Shown here one piece after another: positions 48,148 to 57,712 of a stretch of DNA of 64,000 nt (its first letter is position 1; every line of letters begins with the position of its first letter). The notes beneath the pieces are model-generated. The model saw nothing but the letters and a program-made list of their open reading frames with translations. It made no database searches and was not told the origin of the DNA. Source of the stretch: a virus (Duplodnaviria > Caudoviricetes); the IMG/VR virus record IMGVR_UViG_3300044991_001466; one strand, written 5' to 3'. The position numbers and the translations under genes are program-made.

Positions 48148-51100
48148 ATGGCACAAATAGTAAAACTACGCAGAAGTTCTGTAGCTGGCAATAAACCAGT
48201 TAATGAAACATTACAATTAGGGGAATTAGCATTAAATACAACCGACGGTAAAATTTATTTAGCCGTATCTGGTTCAGATGGTCCTACAATTGAAGAGGTA
48301 ATTACTACAAATGCATATAATACAGGTTCAGTAAATCTTAGTGGTAGTCTAAAAGTTGTCGGTACAGAATATGTAACCGGCTCAGTTATAATAACGGGTT
48401 CTTTATTCGTTAACGGAAATTCATCATTCACATCATTAGTTGTTTCAGGTTCTGACCCTGTTGGTAATGTACAAGCTTACGTTCCACCAAGTTCAGTTTA
48501 TGATCCTGCGTCATTTAACACACCTGAAAGGGTTGCTAGTGGTATTCGTTTTAATTGGAATAATGAAAACTGGACTATTGGTGCAGCAAGAGGTGCAACA
48601 ACCGATATTGATGGTTTAATTTTTAGTAGAAACGGAGTTAAAAAATACATGTTGGACGAAGATGGTAATGCATCTTTATCAGGTTCAATGTATATAAGCG
48701 GTTCATTATTTGTTAATGGTGCTGAAGTTGGAACAGGTAAATTAAACGAAACAACATTTAATTCATATACAAGTTCAAATGTTTCACAATTTGCGGGAAC
48801 ATCATCATTTGCATTAACCGCATCATATGTTGCAAATCCAACATTAGTATCAGGGTCAACAAAAAAATCAACAGTATCGGTAGGAGCAACAACATGGTCA
48901 TTCAATCACCAATTAGGTGAAAGATATCCATCAATTAATGTATTCGATTCAAATGGTTTTGTTGTTATCCCTAAAGATATTGAAACAATAGATGCAAATA
49001 ACTTAAATGTATATTTTTCATCAAATCAGACAGGTACAGTAATTGCAACAATAGGCGGAGGAGGTTCGTCAGGAACGAGTGGTAATGGTACTTCAGGAAC
49101 AAGTGGTTCATCGGGTTCTAGTGGAACAAGTGGTTCATCAGGAACTAGTGGTGTTAACGGTTCTTCAGGTACAAGTGGTGGTTCAGGTTCTTCAGGGTCT
49201 AATGGTACATCAGGTTCATCAGGAACGAGTGGTAGAGATGGTATTGGTGGTACAACACAAACATTTGCAGCATCTACAACATGGTCAGTAGCACATAATT
49301 TAGGTACTAATTTTCCGGCAGTAACTGTTTGGGACGATAATAAAAATGTGGTTATCCCAAGTCAAATAAAATCAATCGATACTAACAATATTGATGTTTA
49401 TTTTGGTAGTCCAATTTCAGGTAGTGTAAATGTAATATTTGGTGGACATGTTGTTAGTGGTGCTATTGACACATCGGCGGTTGGACACATTGTACCTTCA
49501 GTTAATAACACATATGATTTAGGTTCGGCATCAAAACAATTTAGACACTTATATTTGTCATCAGGTTCATTATATATTGACGGACAAAAAGTTTTGGGTA
49601 GTTCAAACCAAGAGTTACAAATTACAACGGATAATGGTCAATCATTAAAAATATTAGAACAAGGTACCGATACTATCACATTACAAAGTGCTGACGGAGA
49701 CATTCAATTAAAAACATCTGCGGGTGGTAATGTATTGTTAGACCCAACAACAGGATTAATTGATTTAAGAGGAACGGTTCAAATACAAGACGGTAATAAA
49801 ATTACAAGTTCAGGAGCAACTAAAGTTGTTTTTGGAAATGATATAGAAGTTACGGGTTCGATTAGAACAAGTGGTACATTAATTGTAAATGGGGTTTCAT
49901 TCTCAGCCATGACATCAGGAACTTCAGGTTCAAGTGGTGGTTCGGGTTCATCTGGTTCAGGTGGTACTTCAGGAACATCAGGTTCTAATGGGTCTAGTGG
50001 AACATCAGGTTCATCAGGAACAAGTGGTACTTCAGGAAGTAGTGGAACGTCAGGCAGTTCAGGGTCATCGGGTACAAGTGGAACCTCAGTAACTGTTTCA
50101 GGTACTAACGATGTAATTGGTAAATTCAGTTCAGGAACATTAGTTAATTCAAATATAACCGATAATGCTTCGGTAGTTAACATTAATTCAAATACAATAA
50201 TCACAGGTTCATTGACGATTACACAAAACTTAAATGTTTTAGGTTCATCATCAATAACTTATACGACAGCTTCCCAATTAAGGGTAGATGATAATGTTAT
50301 TACGGTTAATGCCTCAAGTCCAGGTGTGAGATTTGCTGGTTTATCAGTAATTGATAGTGGTTCGTCACCTACCGTTTCGGGTTCATTCTTATTTGATTCA
50401 TTAAATAATCAATTTGTTTATGTTCACACAAATCAAGGTGTGGTAACATCTTCAGTTGTTATGGTGGGTGCACAAACTTACAATAGTTTAGGAAATGAGA
50501 TTTTACCCACACAAAATAGAATATTAAAATCTTTAGGTCAGGAACATCTTGGTGATTCTAATATTTCAGATGATGGCACAACAGTTAAAATTAGTACAAA
50601 CACAGAAATAACAGGTTCGTTAAGAGTTACAAGTTTAAATATTAACGGAACATCGTACGCCGCTGCTACAAGTGGAACGTCAGGTTCTTCAGGTAGTTCA
50701 GGTACAAGTGGTTCATCAGGAACATCAGGTTCTTCAGGTTCAAATGGTTCTTCAGGAACATCAGGTAGTTCAGGTTCTAGCGGAACATCTGGCAGTTCAG
50801 GTTCATCAGGAACATCAGGTTCTAGTGGTAGTAACGGTTCATCAGGTTCTAGTGGTACAACAACAATCACAAATGCGGTAGATAATAGAGTAATGACAAG
50901 TGTCGGTGGTGTTACGTTAAATGCGGAAGCGAATTTAACATTTGACGGATCAACATTAACAGTAACAGGAGCAGTATCAACAACCGGTAACTTAACAGTA
51001 GGTGGAACATTAACAGAAAACTCATCAGTAAGATATAAGGATAACATTGAAACTTTAAAATATGGTTTAGATAATGTTCTTAAAATGAGAGGTGTTTCAT

Positions 51101-51294
51101 ACATTAAAAAAGATACAGGTGTTAAAGAGATTGGTTTAATAGCAGAAGAGTTAAATGAAATTGCACCTGAATTGGTAAATAAAAATGAAGAAGGATTACC
51201 TGATTCCGTTTCTTACGGTAGAGTAGTTTCATATTTGATTGAAGCAATAAAAGATTTAAAGAAAGAAATTGAAGAACTTAAATCAAATAAATAA
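48148..51294 (+). CDS. tail fibre with Mtd_N N-terminus and C-terminal peptidase S74 intramolecular chaperone
   Basis: N-terminus MAQIVKLRRS...LQLGELALNTTDGKIY; C-terminus SSVRYKDNI...IGLIAEEL...PELV...VSY...LIEAIKDL..EIEELK. Confidence 0.8.
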   Translation: MAQIVKLRRSSVAGNKPVNETLQLGELALNTTDGKIYLAVSGSDGPTIEEVITTNAYNTGSVNLSGSLKVVGTEYVTGSVIITGSLFVNGNSSFTSLVVSGSDPVGNVQAYVPPSSVYDPASFNTPERVASGIRFNWNNENWTIGAARGATTDIDGLIFSRNGVKKYMLDEDGNASLSGSMYISGSLFVNGAEVGTGKLNETTFNSYTSSNVSQFAGTSSFALTASYVANPTLVSGSTKKSTVSVGATTWSFNHQLGERYPSINVFDSNGFVVIPKDIETIDANNLNVYFSSNQTGTVIATIGGGGSSGTSGNGTSGTSGSSGSSGTSGSSGTSGVNGSSGTSGGSGSSGSNGTSGSSGTSGRDGIGGTTQTFAASTTWSVAHNLGTNFPAVTVWDDNKNVVIPSQIKSIDTNNIDVYFGSPISGSVNVIFGGHVVSGAIDTSAVGHIVPSVNNTYDLGSASKQFRHLYLSSGSLYIDGQKVLGSSNQELQITTDNGQSLKILEQGTDTITLQSADGDIQLKTSAGGNVLLDPTTGLIDLRGTVQIQDGNKITSSGATKVVFGNDIEVTGSIRTSGTLIVNGVSFSAMTSGTSGSSGGSGSSGSGGTSGTSGSNGSSGTSGSSGTSGTSGSSGTSGSSGSSGTSGTSVTVSGTNDVIGKFSSGTLVNSNITDNASVVNINSNTIITGSLTITQNLNVLGSSSITYTTASQLRVDDNVITVNASSPGVRFAGLSVIDSGSSPTVSGSFLFDSLNNQFVYVHTNQGVVTSSVVMVGAQTYNSLGNEILPTQNRILKSLGQEHLGDSNISDDGTTVKISTNTEITGSLRVTSLNINGTSYAAATSGTSGSSGSSGTSGSSGTSGSSGSNGSSGTSGSSGSSGTSGSSGSSGTSGSSGSNGSSGSSGTTTITNAVDNRVMTSVGGVTLNAEANLTFDGSTLTVTGAVSTTGNLTVGGTLTENSSVRYKDNIETLKYGLDNVLKMRGVSYIKKDTGVKEIGLIAEELNEIAPELVNKNEEGLPDSVSYGRVVSYLIEAIKDLKKEIEELKSNK

Positions 51295-51764
51295 TGGCGA
51301 CATTAATAGGTACAACTGCAACAACATACAATGCAACATCTACGTCAAATGCAAGTAGTACAATTTGTTCTAATACAATGGCTTTACAACAATGGGGTGG
51401 GAATGTTTCCGTAATATCACCATATTATAGTGCAACACCATATACGGATGTACTTTGTAATAATAATAATTGGCAATGGGTAACAGGGTATGTTAGTTTT
51501 TTAGGATATCAAAGTTACAATAGTACTCAAAATGTTTGGTTTGCACTATCACAATATGGTTTACAAATAACATCGGGGCCAACTAATGACCAATTAATAA
51601 CATTTTCATATTATGAAGACCCAACAAGTGCTTCTAAAAGTTGGTTAAGATTTACAAATCAATATAACGCATCGTGGGCAAATGCCACCTGTTTAGTTAA
51701 TATAACATTATTCGCTCCAAATGCTAATGCAATAACATCACCTATTTTAACAAGATACGTTTAA
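51294..51764 (+). CDS. small fibre-associated protein, paralog 1
   Basis: S.YGL and WLRFTN motifs shared with the next two genes; TAATG coupling. Confidence 0.6.
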   Translation: MATLIGTTATTYNATSTSNASSTICSNTMALQQWGGNVSVISPYYSATPYTDVLCNNNNWQWVTGYVSFLGYQSYNSTQNVWFALSQYGLQITSGPTNDQLITFSYYEDPTSASKSWLRFTNQYNASWANATCLVNITLFAPNANAITSPILTRYV

Positions 51765-52231
51765 TGGCAACTTTACAAAATACAACAATAAATGGTACGA
51801 TAACCGCATCTACGAGTTTCACATCACCACGTATATTAAATAATACAAGTTATAATCATATGATGAGGGAGTATAGTGGAACTGTATCAATACCATCATC
51901 AGTTAATAATGCAACAAACTATGTTGACCTATTTGGTAATCTAGGGGTTCATAATCGTATGTATGGATTTTGTAGTTGGGTAACATATCAATCTCAAATA
52001 CATTGTGGTAGTTTTTATTGGCAATTATCAGAGTATGGACTTAGTACACAAACATTAACAAATTCAGGTAATTGGTCTGTTGCTAGACATAATCCAACAT
52101 ATGGAACAAATTATTTGAGATTTACAAATACAGTAGGAACTGAATGGGGTAATGGTACATATTACTTTGTATTAAATGTACAAGGACCCGGTGATTTCAC
52201 ATCATCATATTTAACACAAAGAGTAAGATAA
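51764..52231 (+). CDS. small fibre-associated protein, paralog 2
   Basis: SEYGL and YLRFTN motifs; TAATG coupling. Confidence 0.6.
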   Translation: MATLQNTTINGTITASTSFTSPRILNNTSYNHMMREYSGTVSIPSSVNNATNYVDLFGNLGVHNRMYGFCSWVTYQSQIHCGSFYWQLSEYGLSTQTLTNSGNWSVARHNPTYGTNYLRFTNTVGTEWGNGTYYFVLNVQGPGDFTSSYLTQRVR

Positions 52232-52671
52232 TGGCAAATTTAATAGCAACAACATCTTCCGAATTAACAGCAACTTCAATAACATCACCAAAAATGTTAA
52301 TGAGTAATACATATGGGGCAATGAATGAATGGACAGGAACGGCGGCGATTAATAATGGTTCTTCCGTTGATTTAATATGTAATGTTAGTGGATACGCAAG
52401 AACAATTGGACTTTGTAATTTTTTTAATTTTACAACGGGAACATGGAGATATGGAATATTTGAGTTTGATGTATCAAGATATGGATTACAACACACACCA
52501 ATTTTATCGTGGGGAGATTATTCAGTATCTCATTATCAAGAAGGTAATGTTGACAGAAATTGGTTAAGATTTACCAATACATCAGGACAAAATGGATTAA
52601 CTGTTTATTTTAATATAAGAATATTAAATTCATCGGGGTACGAATCGTCAATATTAACAAGAGTAAAATAA
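52231..52671 (+). CDS. small fibre-associated protein, paralog 3
   Basis: SRYGL and WLRFTN motifs; TAATG coupling. Confidence 0.6.
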   Translation: MANLIATTSSELTATSITSPKMLMSNTYGAMNEWTGTAAINNGSSVDLICNVSGYARTIGLCNFFNFTTGTWRYGIFEFDVSRYGLQHTPILSWGDYSVSHYQEGNVDRNWLRFTNTSGQNGLTVYFNIRILNSSGYESSILTRVK

Positions 52672-52680
52672 TTATATAAT

Positions 52681-52947
52681 ATGATACATGAATTAGACAA
52701 CGGAGACCCATTATTAAGTCCAATCGACGGAACACCACTTACTGAAGATCAAAGATATGGATTTTATATTGGTTTATCTGAACATTACGCAACACAATAT
52801 CAAAGAGATAGACAACAAATATACCCATCATTAGGTAATCAATTAGATATGTTGTGGCATGAATTAAATGTGAGCGGTAGTTTAACAAGTAATGGTGAAT
52901 GGTTTAATAAAATAAAAGAGGTTAAAGAAAACAATCCAAAACCTTAA
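52681..52947 (+). CDS. tail fibre assembly-type small protein
   Basis: R...YPSLGNQLDMLWH...W...IKEVK...PKP pattern common next to phage fibre genes. Confidence 0.55.
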   Translation: MIHELDNGDPLLSPIDGTPLTEDQRYGFYIGLSEHYATQYQRDRQQIYPSLGNQLDMLWHELNVSGSLTSNGEWFNKIKEVKENNPKP

Positions 52948-52950
52948 TAA

Positions 52951-53814
52951 ATGGCAAATCTTACAAATCTTACCATAAACGACACTGGTTATATACAATT
53001 ACCATCGGGTACAACGGCACAAAGACCCGTATCACCATTGACTGGTTATATTAGATTTAATACAACTATGGGTTTAGTTGAATATTACAACGGTACTTAT
53101 TGGATAGATCAAACAACCGGTAGAATTGCGGAAGGTGGTATTGTAACATCAAACTTATTACTTCATTTAGATAGTGGTAAACCAACGAGTTATCGCGGTG
53201 GTAATGTGTGGTATGATGTTAGTTCACAATGTGCACATGGGATATTTGTAAACAGTCCAACATATACACCAGCTGATGGTTCGGGAGGTACCGTTTCATT
53301 TGACGGAACTAATGATTATATTAGAATTTCTACATTAAATACATTACCAACAACACAAATAACTATGGAAGGTTGGATTAAACCAACAAGAACAGTAAGT
53401 ACAGGTACAGTAAGAGGTGGTGTGGTTTCTGCAACAAATACAACATATTTGGGTATATTTAATTCCGCAGATGGTGGTAGTACACACTCTTTACATTGGG
53501 CAAATACTACCGATAGTAGTAGACCATATAGTGCAGTTGGTAATATTCCCAATAATGTTTGGTCACACATTGTAGGTACATGGGATGGTTCAACGAGTAG
53601 AGCGTATGTGAATGGTACTGAAGTATGGTCTGCGGCACAGACAGGGACAATTGCCGCTGCCACATATGTAGTTGGAACATATGGAAGTGGATTGACAGAT
53701 GGGTTGCATAATTTTCAAGGACAAATTGCAATTGCAAGAATGTATAGTATAGGATTAAGTGGAGCTCAAGTTTTACAAAATTATAATGCTCAAAGAAATA
53801 GATTTAATATTTAA
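52951..53814 (+). CDS. LamG/concanavalin-like receptor-binding protein
   Basis: LLLHLDSG, FDGTNDY, ITMEGWIKP, WSHIVGTWDG...YVNG and ARMYSIGLS..QVLQNYNA. Confidence 0.8.
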   Translation: MANLTNLTINDTGYIQLPSGTTAQRPVSPLTGYIRFNTTMGLVEYYNGTYWIDQTTGRIAEGGIVTSNLLLHLDSGKPTSYRGGNVWYDVSSQCAHGIFVNSPTYTPADGSGGTVSFDGTNDYIRISTLNTLPTTQITMEGWIKPTRTVSTGTVRGGVVSATNTTYLGIFNSADGGSTHSLHWANTTDSSRPYSAVGNIPNNVWSHIVGTWDGSTSRAYVNGTEVWSAAQTGTIAAATYVVGTYGSGLTDGLHNFQGQIAIARMYSIGLSGAQVLQNYNAQRNRFNI

Positions 53815-53819
53815 ATGTA

Positions 53820-54527
53820 ATGGCAAGTTTAAAAAATTTAACAATTAACGACACTGGATTTATTGGATTACCAACAGGTAGTACAGCTGAAAGACCATCT
53901 CCATCTAATGGATATTTAAGATATAATACTACATTAGGTAGACCCGAAGTTTATATTAGTAGTTGGTTAAACCCATACGCCAGAACGGAAGGTTATTTAC
54001 ATTATTACGAAGGTAGAGATGCAAATTTATATACTGCAAATTGGAATAATAGCACAACGTATTCAATGTTAAATTTTGGTGGATTAGGTCATATTACGGC
54101 ACATGGTTGGACAACTGGTCCTGCAACATATACATTAACATTAGGTTCAATTCCAATACACACACAAGTTCGTTATTTAGTATTTTGGCATTTAGTAGAT
54201 TCGTTGGATACTGAAACAAGTAATTTGTACTTAATGAACTCAGCCGGAACTGAAACTGAATTTCTAAGATTTACAAAGATATATAACGCGGTACCAACCA
54301 CATCGGTTTTACAATCGGGAGCAACAGCAACGTGGAGTGGTGCTAAATCGTACACATATAGACCTTGGGCAAGTGGAGCATATGGAAACGATGGTTACTA
54401 TTTATTTGATAGTGGATATTATGACCACACATCCACATCATTTACTGCAAGACACGTATGTGGTGCAGACCAAGCACAAGCGGATGAAGCGATGTATCTT
54501 TCACACGTTCAATTATGGATTAAATAA
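53820..54527 (+). CDS. fibre-tip protein sharing the LP.G.T..RP N-terminal module
   Basis: N-terminus paralogous to 52951 and 54534; C-terminal domain unrecognised. Confidence 0.6.
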   Translation: MASLKNLTINDTGFIGLPTGSTAERPSPSNGYLRYNTTLGRPEVYISSWLNPYARTEGYLHYYEGRDANLYTANWNNSTTYSMLNFGGLGHITAHGWTTGPATYTLTLGSIPIHTQVRYLVFWHLVDSLDTETSNLYLMNSAGTETEFLRFTKIYNAVPTTSVLQSGATATWSGAKSYTYRPWASGAYGNDGYYLFDSGYYDHTSTSFTARHVCGADQAQADEAMYLSHVQLWIK

Positions 54528-54533
54528 TAAATT

Positions 54534-56195
54534 ATGGCAACACTTAAAAATACAACAATAACAAGTTCTACGGGATATTTGGGGTTACCATCTGGAACAG
54601 GAACACAACGACCATCACCAACAACTGGAATGATGAGATATAATTCAAGTCGTACTGAGGTTGAAGTATATGATGGTACCAAATGGATGAGTGTACAAAA
54701 AAGAAAAGAAAATTATAGTACATCTGGTTTAGTTTGTTATATAGATGCAGGTGACCCTAATTGTTATAGTGGTAATGGTAGTACATTAACCGATTTATCA
54801 GGAAATGCTAATAATTTAACTCTACCTGGTTCAGGTGTTTCATTTAATACTACCGGAGGAGGTTCTTTATATTTTGATGGAACCGCAAGAGCAAACGTTG
54901 CACATCATAGTTCATTGGATTTTACTAGTACACAACAATATACTGCGTTAATTTGGGTAAATCCATCATTAGGTGGTGGAACTTGGCACGGATTAATTAG
55001 TAAAGGAGATTCACAACAATACGCCGCAACATTGAGAAGTGCATTCGGATATATTCATTATGAAACAAATTACTCATTGGCAGCGATAGATACACCCAAT
55101 AATTCAATAATAGGAAGTAAGTGGCAACAAGTTGTCATTAGAAGTGACGGGTCATCAAAAGCAACATTTATTGATACAATACGATGTGCATATGTAACAG
55201 GTGCCGTTAGTTCAACTACAAATACTGAAACATTGAGATTTGGTGAAGGTAATACGGGAGAATTACTTATTGGTTATTTAGGAGCGGTTATGATTTATAA
55301 CCGAGCATTAAGTGATGAAGAAATTGGAAATATATTTAATGAACAAAGAGGTAGATATGGAGTAGATGCACCATTAGGATCGGCATTTAATCCAGCGGAT
55401 TCGGCACAAACAATAAAGACCTTAAATACAAATGCACCAAATGGTGTATATTATATAAATTTACCCAATATCGGCCCGAGAAAAACATTTTGTATTATGG
55501 ATAGTACATATGATGGAGGGGGTTGGATGATGGTAATGAAAGCCACACGAGGAACTACTTTTAATTATGGGGCAAGTTATTGGACCACACAAAATGTATT
55601 AAATCAAAATAATTTAAATCAAGATGATGGTGATGCCAAATACGATGCATTCAATTATTTTGAAGGTACAGATTTAATGGCTAGATGGCCCGATATTCCA
55701 ACTACTGGTGGTAGTATTGCGGGAACAGGAAATTGGATATGGATGGAAAAAGGGTTTAATGGTGGTAGAGCTAGTACGCGAACAAATTTAGTAGATTTTT
55801 TTACTAATGCAGGAACATACGAAAGTGGTGATGGTGGTACTTATGGTGGATATTTTTTAAGAGATGCAAAAACTTTTACTGGTTGGGCAAGTGGAGTATT
55901 TTCAAGTCAAGTAGATATTAGATTTTATGGATTTAATTTTAGAAACAACCCATTGTATTTTGGTGCAACCGATGCCAAAGTTAGATGGGGGTTTGGTTGG
56001 AATGAAAACGGAGAAGGGTTGTATACATCACCCGCTACTTTGGCAGTTGGACCATATAGAGGTTCGGATGATGTAAGTGGTGGTATTGGTATGGATAGTA
56101 GATATGGTAATTTCTCAGGTGGAGATTTGATTGGTTGTTGTCAAGATACGACTGGTATAAATAGAAGTGCAAGAGTGGAAGTCTATATTAGATAA
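54534..56195 (+). CDS. LamG + fibrinogen-C-like receptor-binding protein
   Basis: LamG (WQQVVI...IYNRALSDEEI), then NGVYYI...FCIMDSTYDGGGWMMVMK. Confidence 0.75.
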   Translation: MATLKNTTITSSTGYLGLPSGTGTQRPSPTTGMMRYNSSRTEVEVYDGTKWMSVQKRKENYSTSGLVCYIDAGDPNCYSGNGSTLTDLSGNANNLTLPGSGVSFNTTGGGSLYFDGTARANVAHHSSLDFTSTQQYTALIWVNPSLGGGTWHGLISKGDSQQYAATLRSAFGYIHYETNYSLAAIDTPNNSIIGSKWQQVVIRSDGSSKATFIDTIRCAYVTGAVSSTTNTETLRFGEGNTGELLIGYLGAVMIYNRALSDEEIGNIFNEQRGRYGVDAPLGSAFNPADSAQTIKTLNTNAPNGVYYINLPNIGPRKTFCIMDSTYDGGGWMMVMKATRGTTFNYGASYWTTQNVLNQNNLNQDDGDAKYDAFNYFEGTDLMARWPDIPTTGGSIAGTGNWIWMEKGFNGGRASTRTNLVDFFTNAGTYESGDGGTYGGYFLRDAKTFTGWASGVFSSQVDIRFYGFNFRNNPLYFGATDAKVRWGFGWNENGEGLYTSPATLAVGPYRGSDDVSGGIGMDSRYGNFSGGDLIGCCQDTTGINRSARVEVYIR

Positions 56196-56236
56196 TAATA
56201 TTTTAATTATTGAAATATTTTTCTTATATTATAGGT

Positions 56237-56923
56237 ATGAATAATATCGGTATAGGTATAATGTGTTTCGGTGATGTTTCCTATTTTAACAGTACAAAAG
56301 AAAAAGTTACCAATTTAAAAGATATTGGAATTGATTGTTATATCTTAACCGATGAACCAGAACAATTTACAACTAAAACCATACACTACGGTAGACACCT
56401 CAAGTCATATCATGATAAGATAATATTAGTTAAAGAAATATTAAAAAATCACAATATCTGTATTCTAATAGATGCCGACACTTTTATCTCCGACTATTCA
56501 TTTATCGAACAGTTAGTTAACTATCCATACCAAAATGGAATTACATATGTTGAAACTCTATTAAGTCATAAGATAAAAAAAGAATTCATAAGAGATATTC
56601 AAATGAATATTGGAGATATTGATTGGTTAAATTATAAAACATATCTCCAAAAAATATATCCACAATATGGTGATTTAGAGACCATTTACGAGTACTTCTT
56701 GGTTTTCAATAAAGAAGGATTAAAAGATAATTTCTTTCTCTTATATGAGAAGTTACAATCAATTAAAGAGGCGTGTGATGTGATGAGTGGAAAGAAAATT
56801 GTGGTAGGGTCAGCTGAAGGTGTATCAATACAAGTTGCCGCAAAAATTACGGATACCCAAATACAAAAAGATGTGGTATTATTTGAATTAATTAAAGATA
56901 AAATTAAAAATGATTCAAGATAA
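56237..56923 (+). CDS. putative GT-A fold glycosyltransferase
   Basis: YILTDEP, SYHDK and LIDADT (DxD). The ATG at 56237 is preferred. Confidence 0.5.
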   Translation: MNNIGIGIMCFGDVSYFNSTKEKVTNLKDIGIDCYILTDEPEQFTTKTIHYGRHLKSYHDKIILVKEILKNHNICILIDADTFISDYSFIEQLVNYPYQNGITYVETLLSHKIKKEFIRDIQMNIGDIDWLNYKTYLQKIYPQYGDLETIYEYFLVFNKEGLKDNFFLLYEKLQSIKEACDVMSGKKIVVGSAEGVSIQVAAKITDTQIQKDVVLFELIKDKIKNDSR

Positions 56924-57665
56924 CAATTATATAAAAAAATACATCACCAACAATCAAGAATTTGATGAAATGGGTGATGAAATATTAAAAAGTGTACCGT
57001 TTCGTTGGAGCCATGGTGCAACAGATTTACATATGGGTGATGGTATCATTGTGTATGCGTTGATACAACATATGAGAGCAAAGACTTGCGTTTGTTTAGG
57101 TAGCGGTGGTGGTTTTATTCCACGTATCATGACACAAGCAAGAATTGATTTACACAAACAAGAAATATTTGAAGGTAACGGTAGTCATAATTGGGGAGAC
57201 ATAGGTGAGACCTATATTGTTGACGCAATGAACGGAGTTGGTGGACAAGTTAATTGGTTTGATGAAGATAGTTTTCTTAGAAAATGGTTTCAACCAAGAA
57301 TAATTAATACCACAACCGAAGATGCCTTTCATAACTACTTCGTTTTAAACGATATAAAGATTGATTATTTACATATTGATGCCGGACATAGTTATGAAAA
57401 TGTTAAAGAAGACTTTGAACTTTATACACAGATATTATCAACGAATGCAATCGTATCTATACACGATACCGACCCAAATTATGCCGACAAATACATTGTA
57501 ACCAACGAGGTTAAAGATAGGGGTGATTTTGATGATTGGACAGGACCAATTAAGTTTAACCAAGAAATCGATGAGACAAAATGGGAAAAAATTAATCTAT
57601 TTAATTTTGGTATAGTTAAAAACAAACCATCATCCACAGGAATTACAATTTTACGTAAAAAATAG
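56910..57665 (+). CDS. class I SAM-dependent methyltransferase (Methyltransf_24-like)
   Basis: VCLGSGGG, IDYLHIDAGHSYE.V..D and IHDT. Confidence 0.75.
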   Translation: MIQDNNYIKKYITNNQEFDEMGDEILKSVPFRWSHGATDLHMGDGIIVYALIQHMRAKTCVCLGSGGGFIPRIMTQARIDLHKQEIFEGNGSHNWGDIGETYIVDAMNGVGGQVNWFDEDSFLRKWFQPRIINTTTEDAFHNYFVLNDIKIDYLHIDAGHSYENVKEDFELYTQILSTNAIVSIHDTDPNYADKYIVTNEVKDRGDFDDWTGPIKFNQEIDETKWEKINLFNFGIVKNKPSSTGITILRKK

Positions 57666-57674
57666 CCTTAGACA

Positions 57675-57706
57675 TTTGATTTATACGTAAAAATTTCTTA
57701 TATTTT
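57675..57706 (+). promoter_or_regulatory. Bacteroidota-type promoter (TTTG-N20-TAnnTTTT)
   Basis: TTTG at 57675-57678, a 20-nt spacer, and TATATTTT at 57699-57706 just before the ATG at 57713. Confidence 0.45.
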
Positions 57707-57712
57707 ATACTA

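Noticed and set aside
39150-50860. CRISPR-like array suggested by the short recurring DNA repeats
   Set aside because: The repeats are in-frame coding triplets without unique spacers, and no cas operon is present. The PD-(D/E)XK gene at 16286 sits in a replication cluster.
40103-51104. Long minus-strand EPEVP ORFs and plus-strand QVLQE ORFs (e.g. 44793, 44897, 46179, 46304, 50538)
   Set aside because: Antisense and alternate-frame read-outs of the GSS/GTS repeats.
44389-51294. Diversity-generating retroelement suggested by Mtd_N-like N-termini
   Set aside because: No reverse transcriptase and no TR/VR pair differing only at adenines were seen. Mtd_N is only an attachment module, and the C-terminus is an S74 chaperone. 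An RT elsewhere in the genome cannot be excluded.
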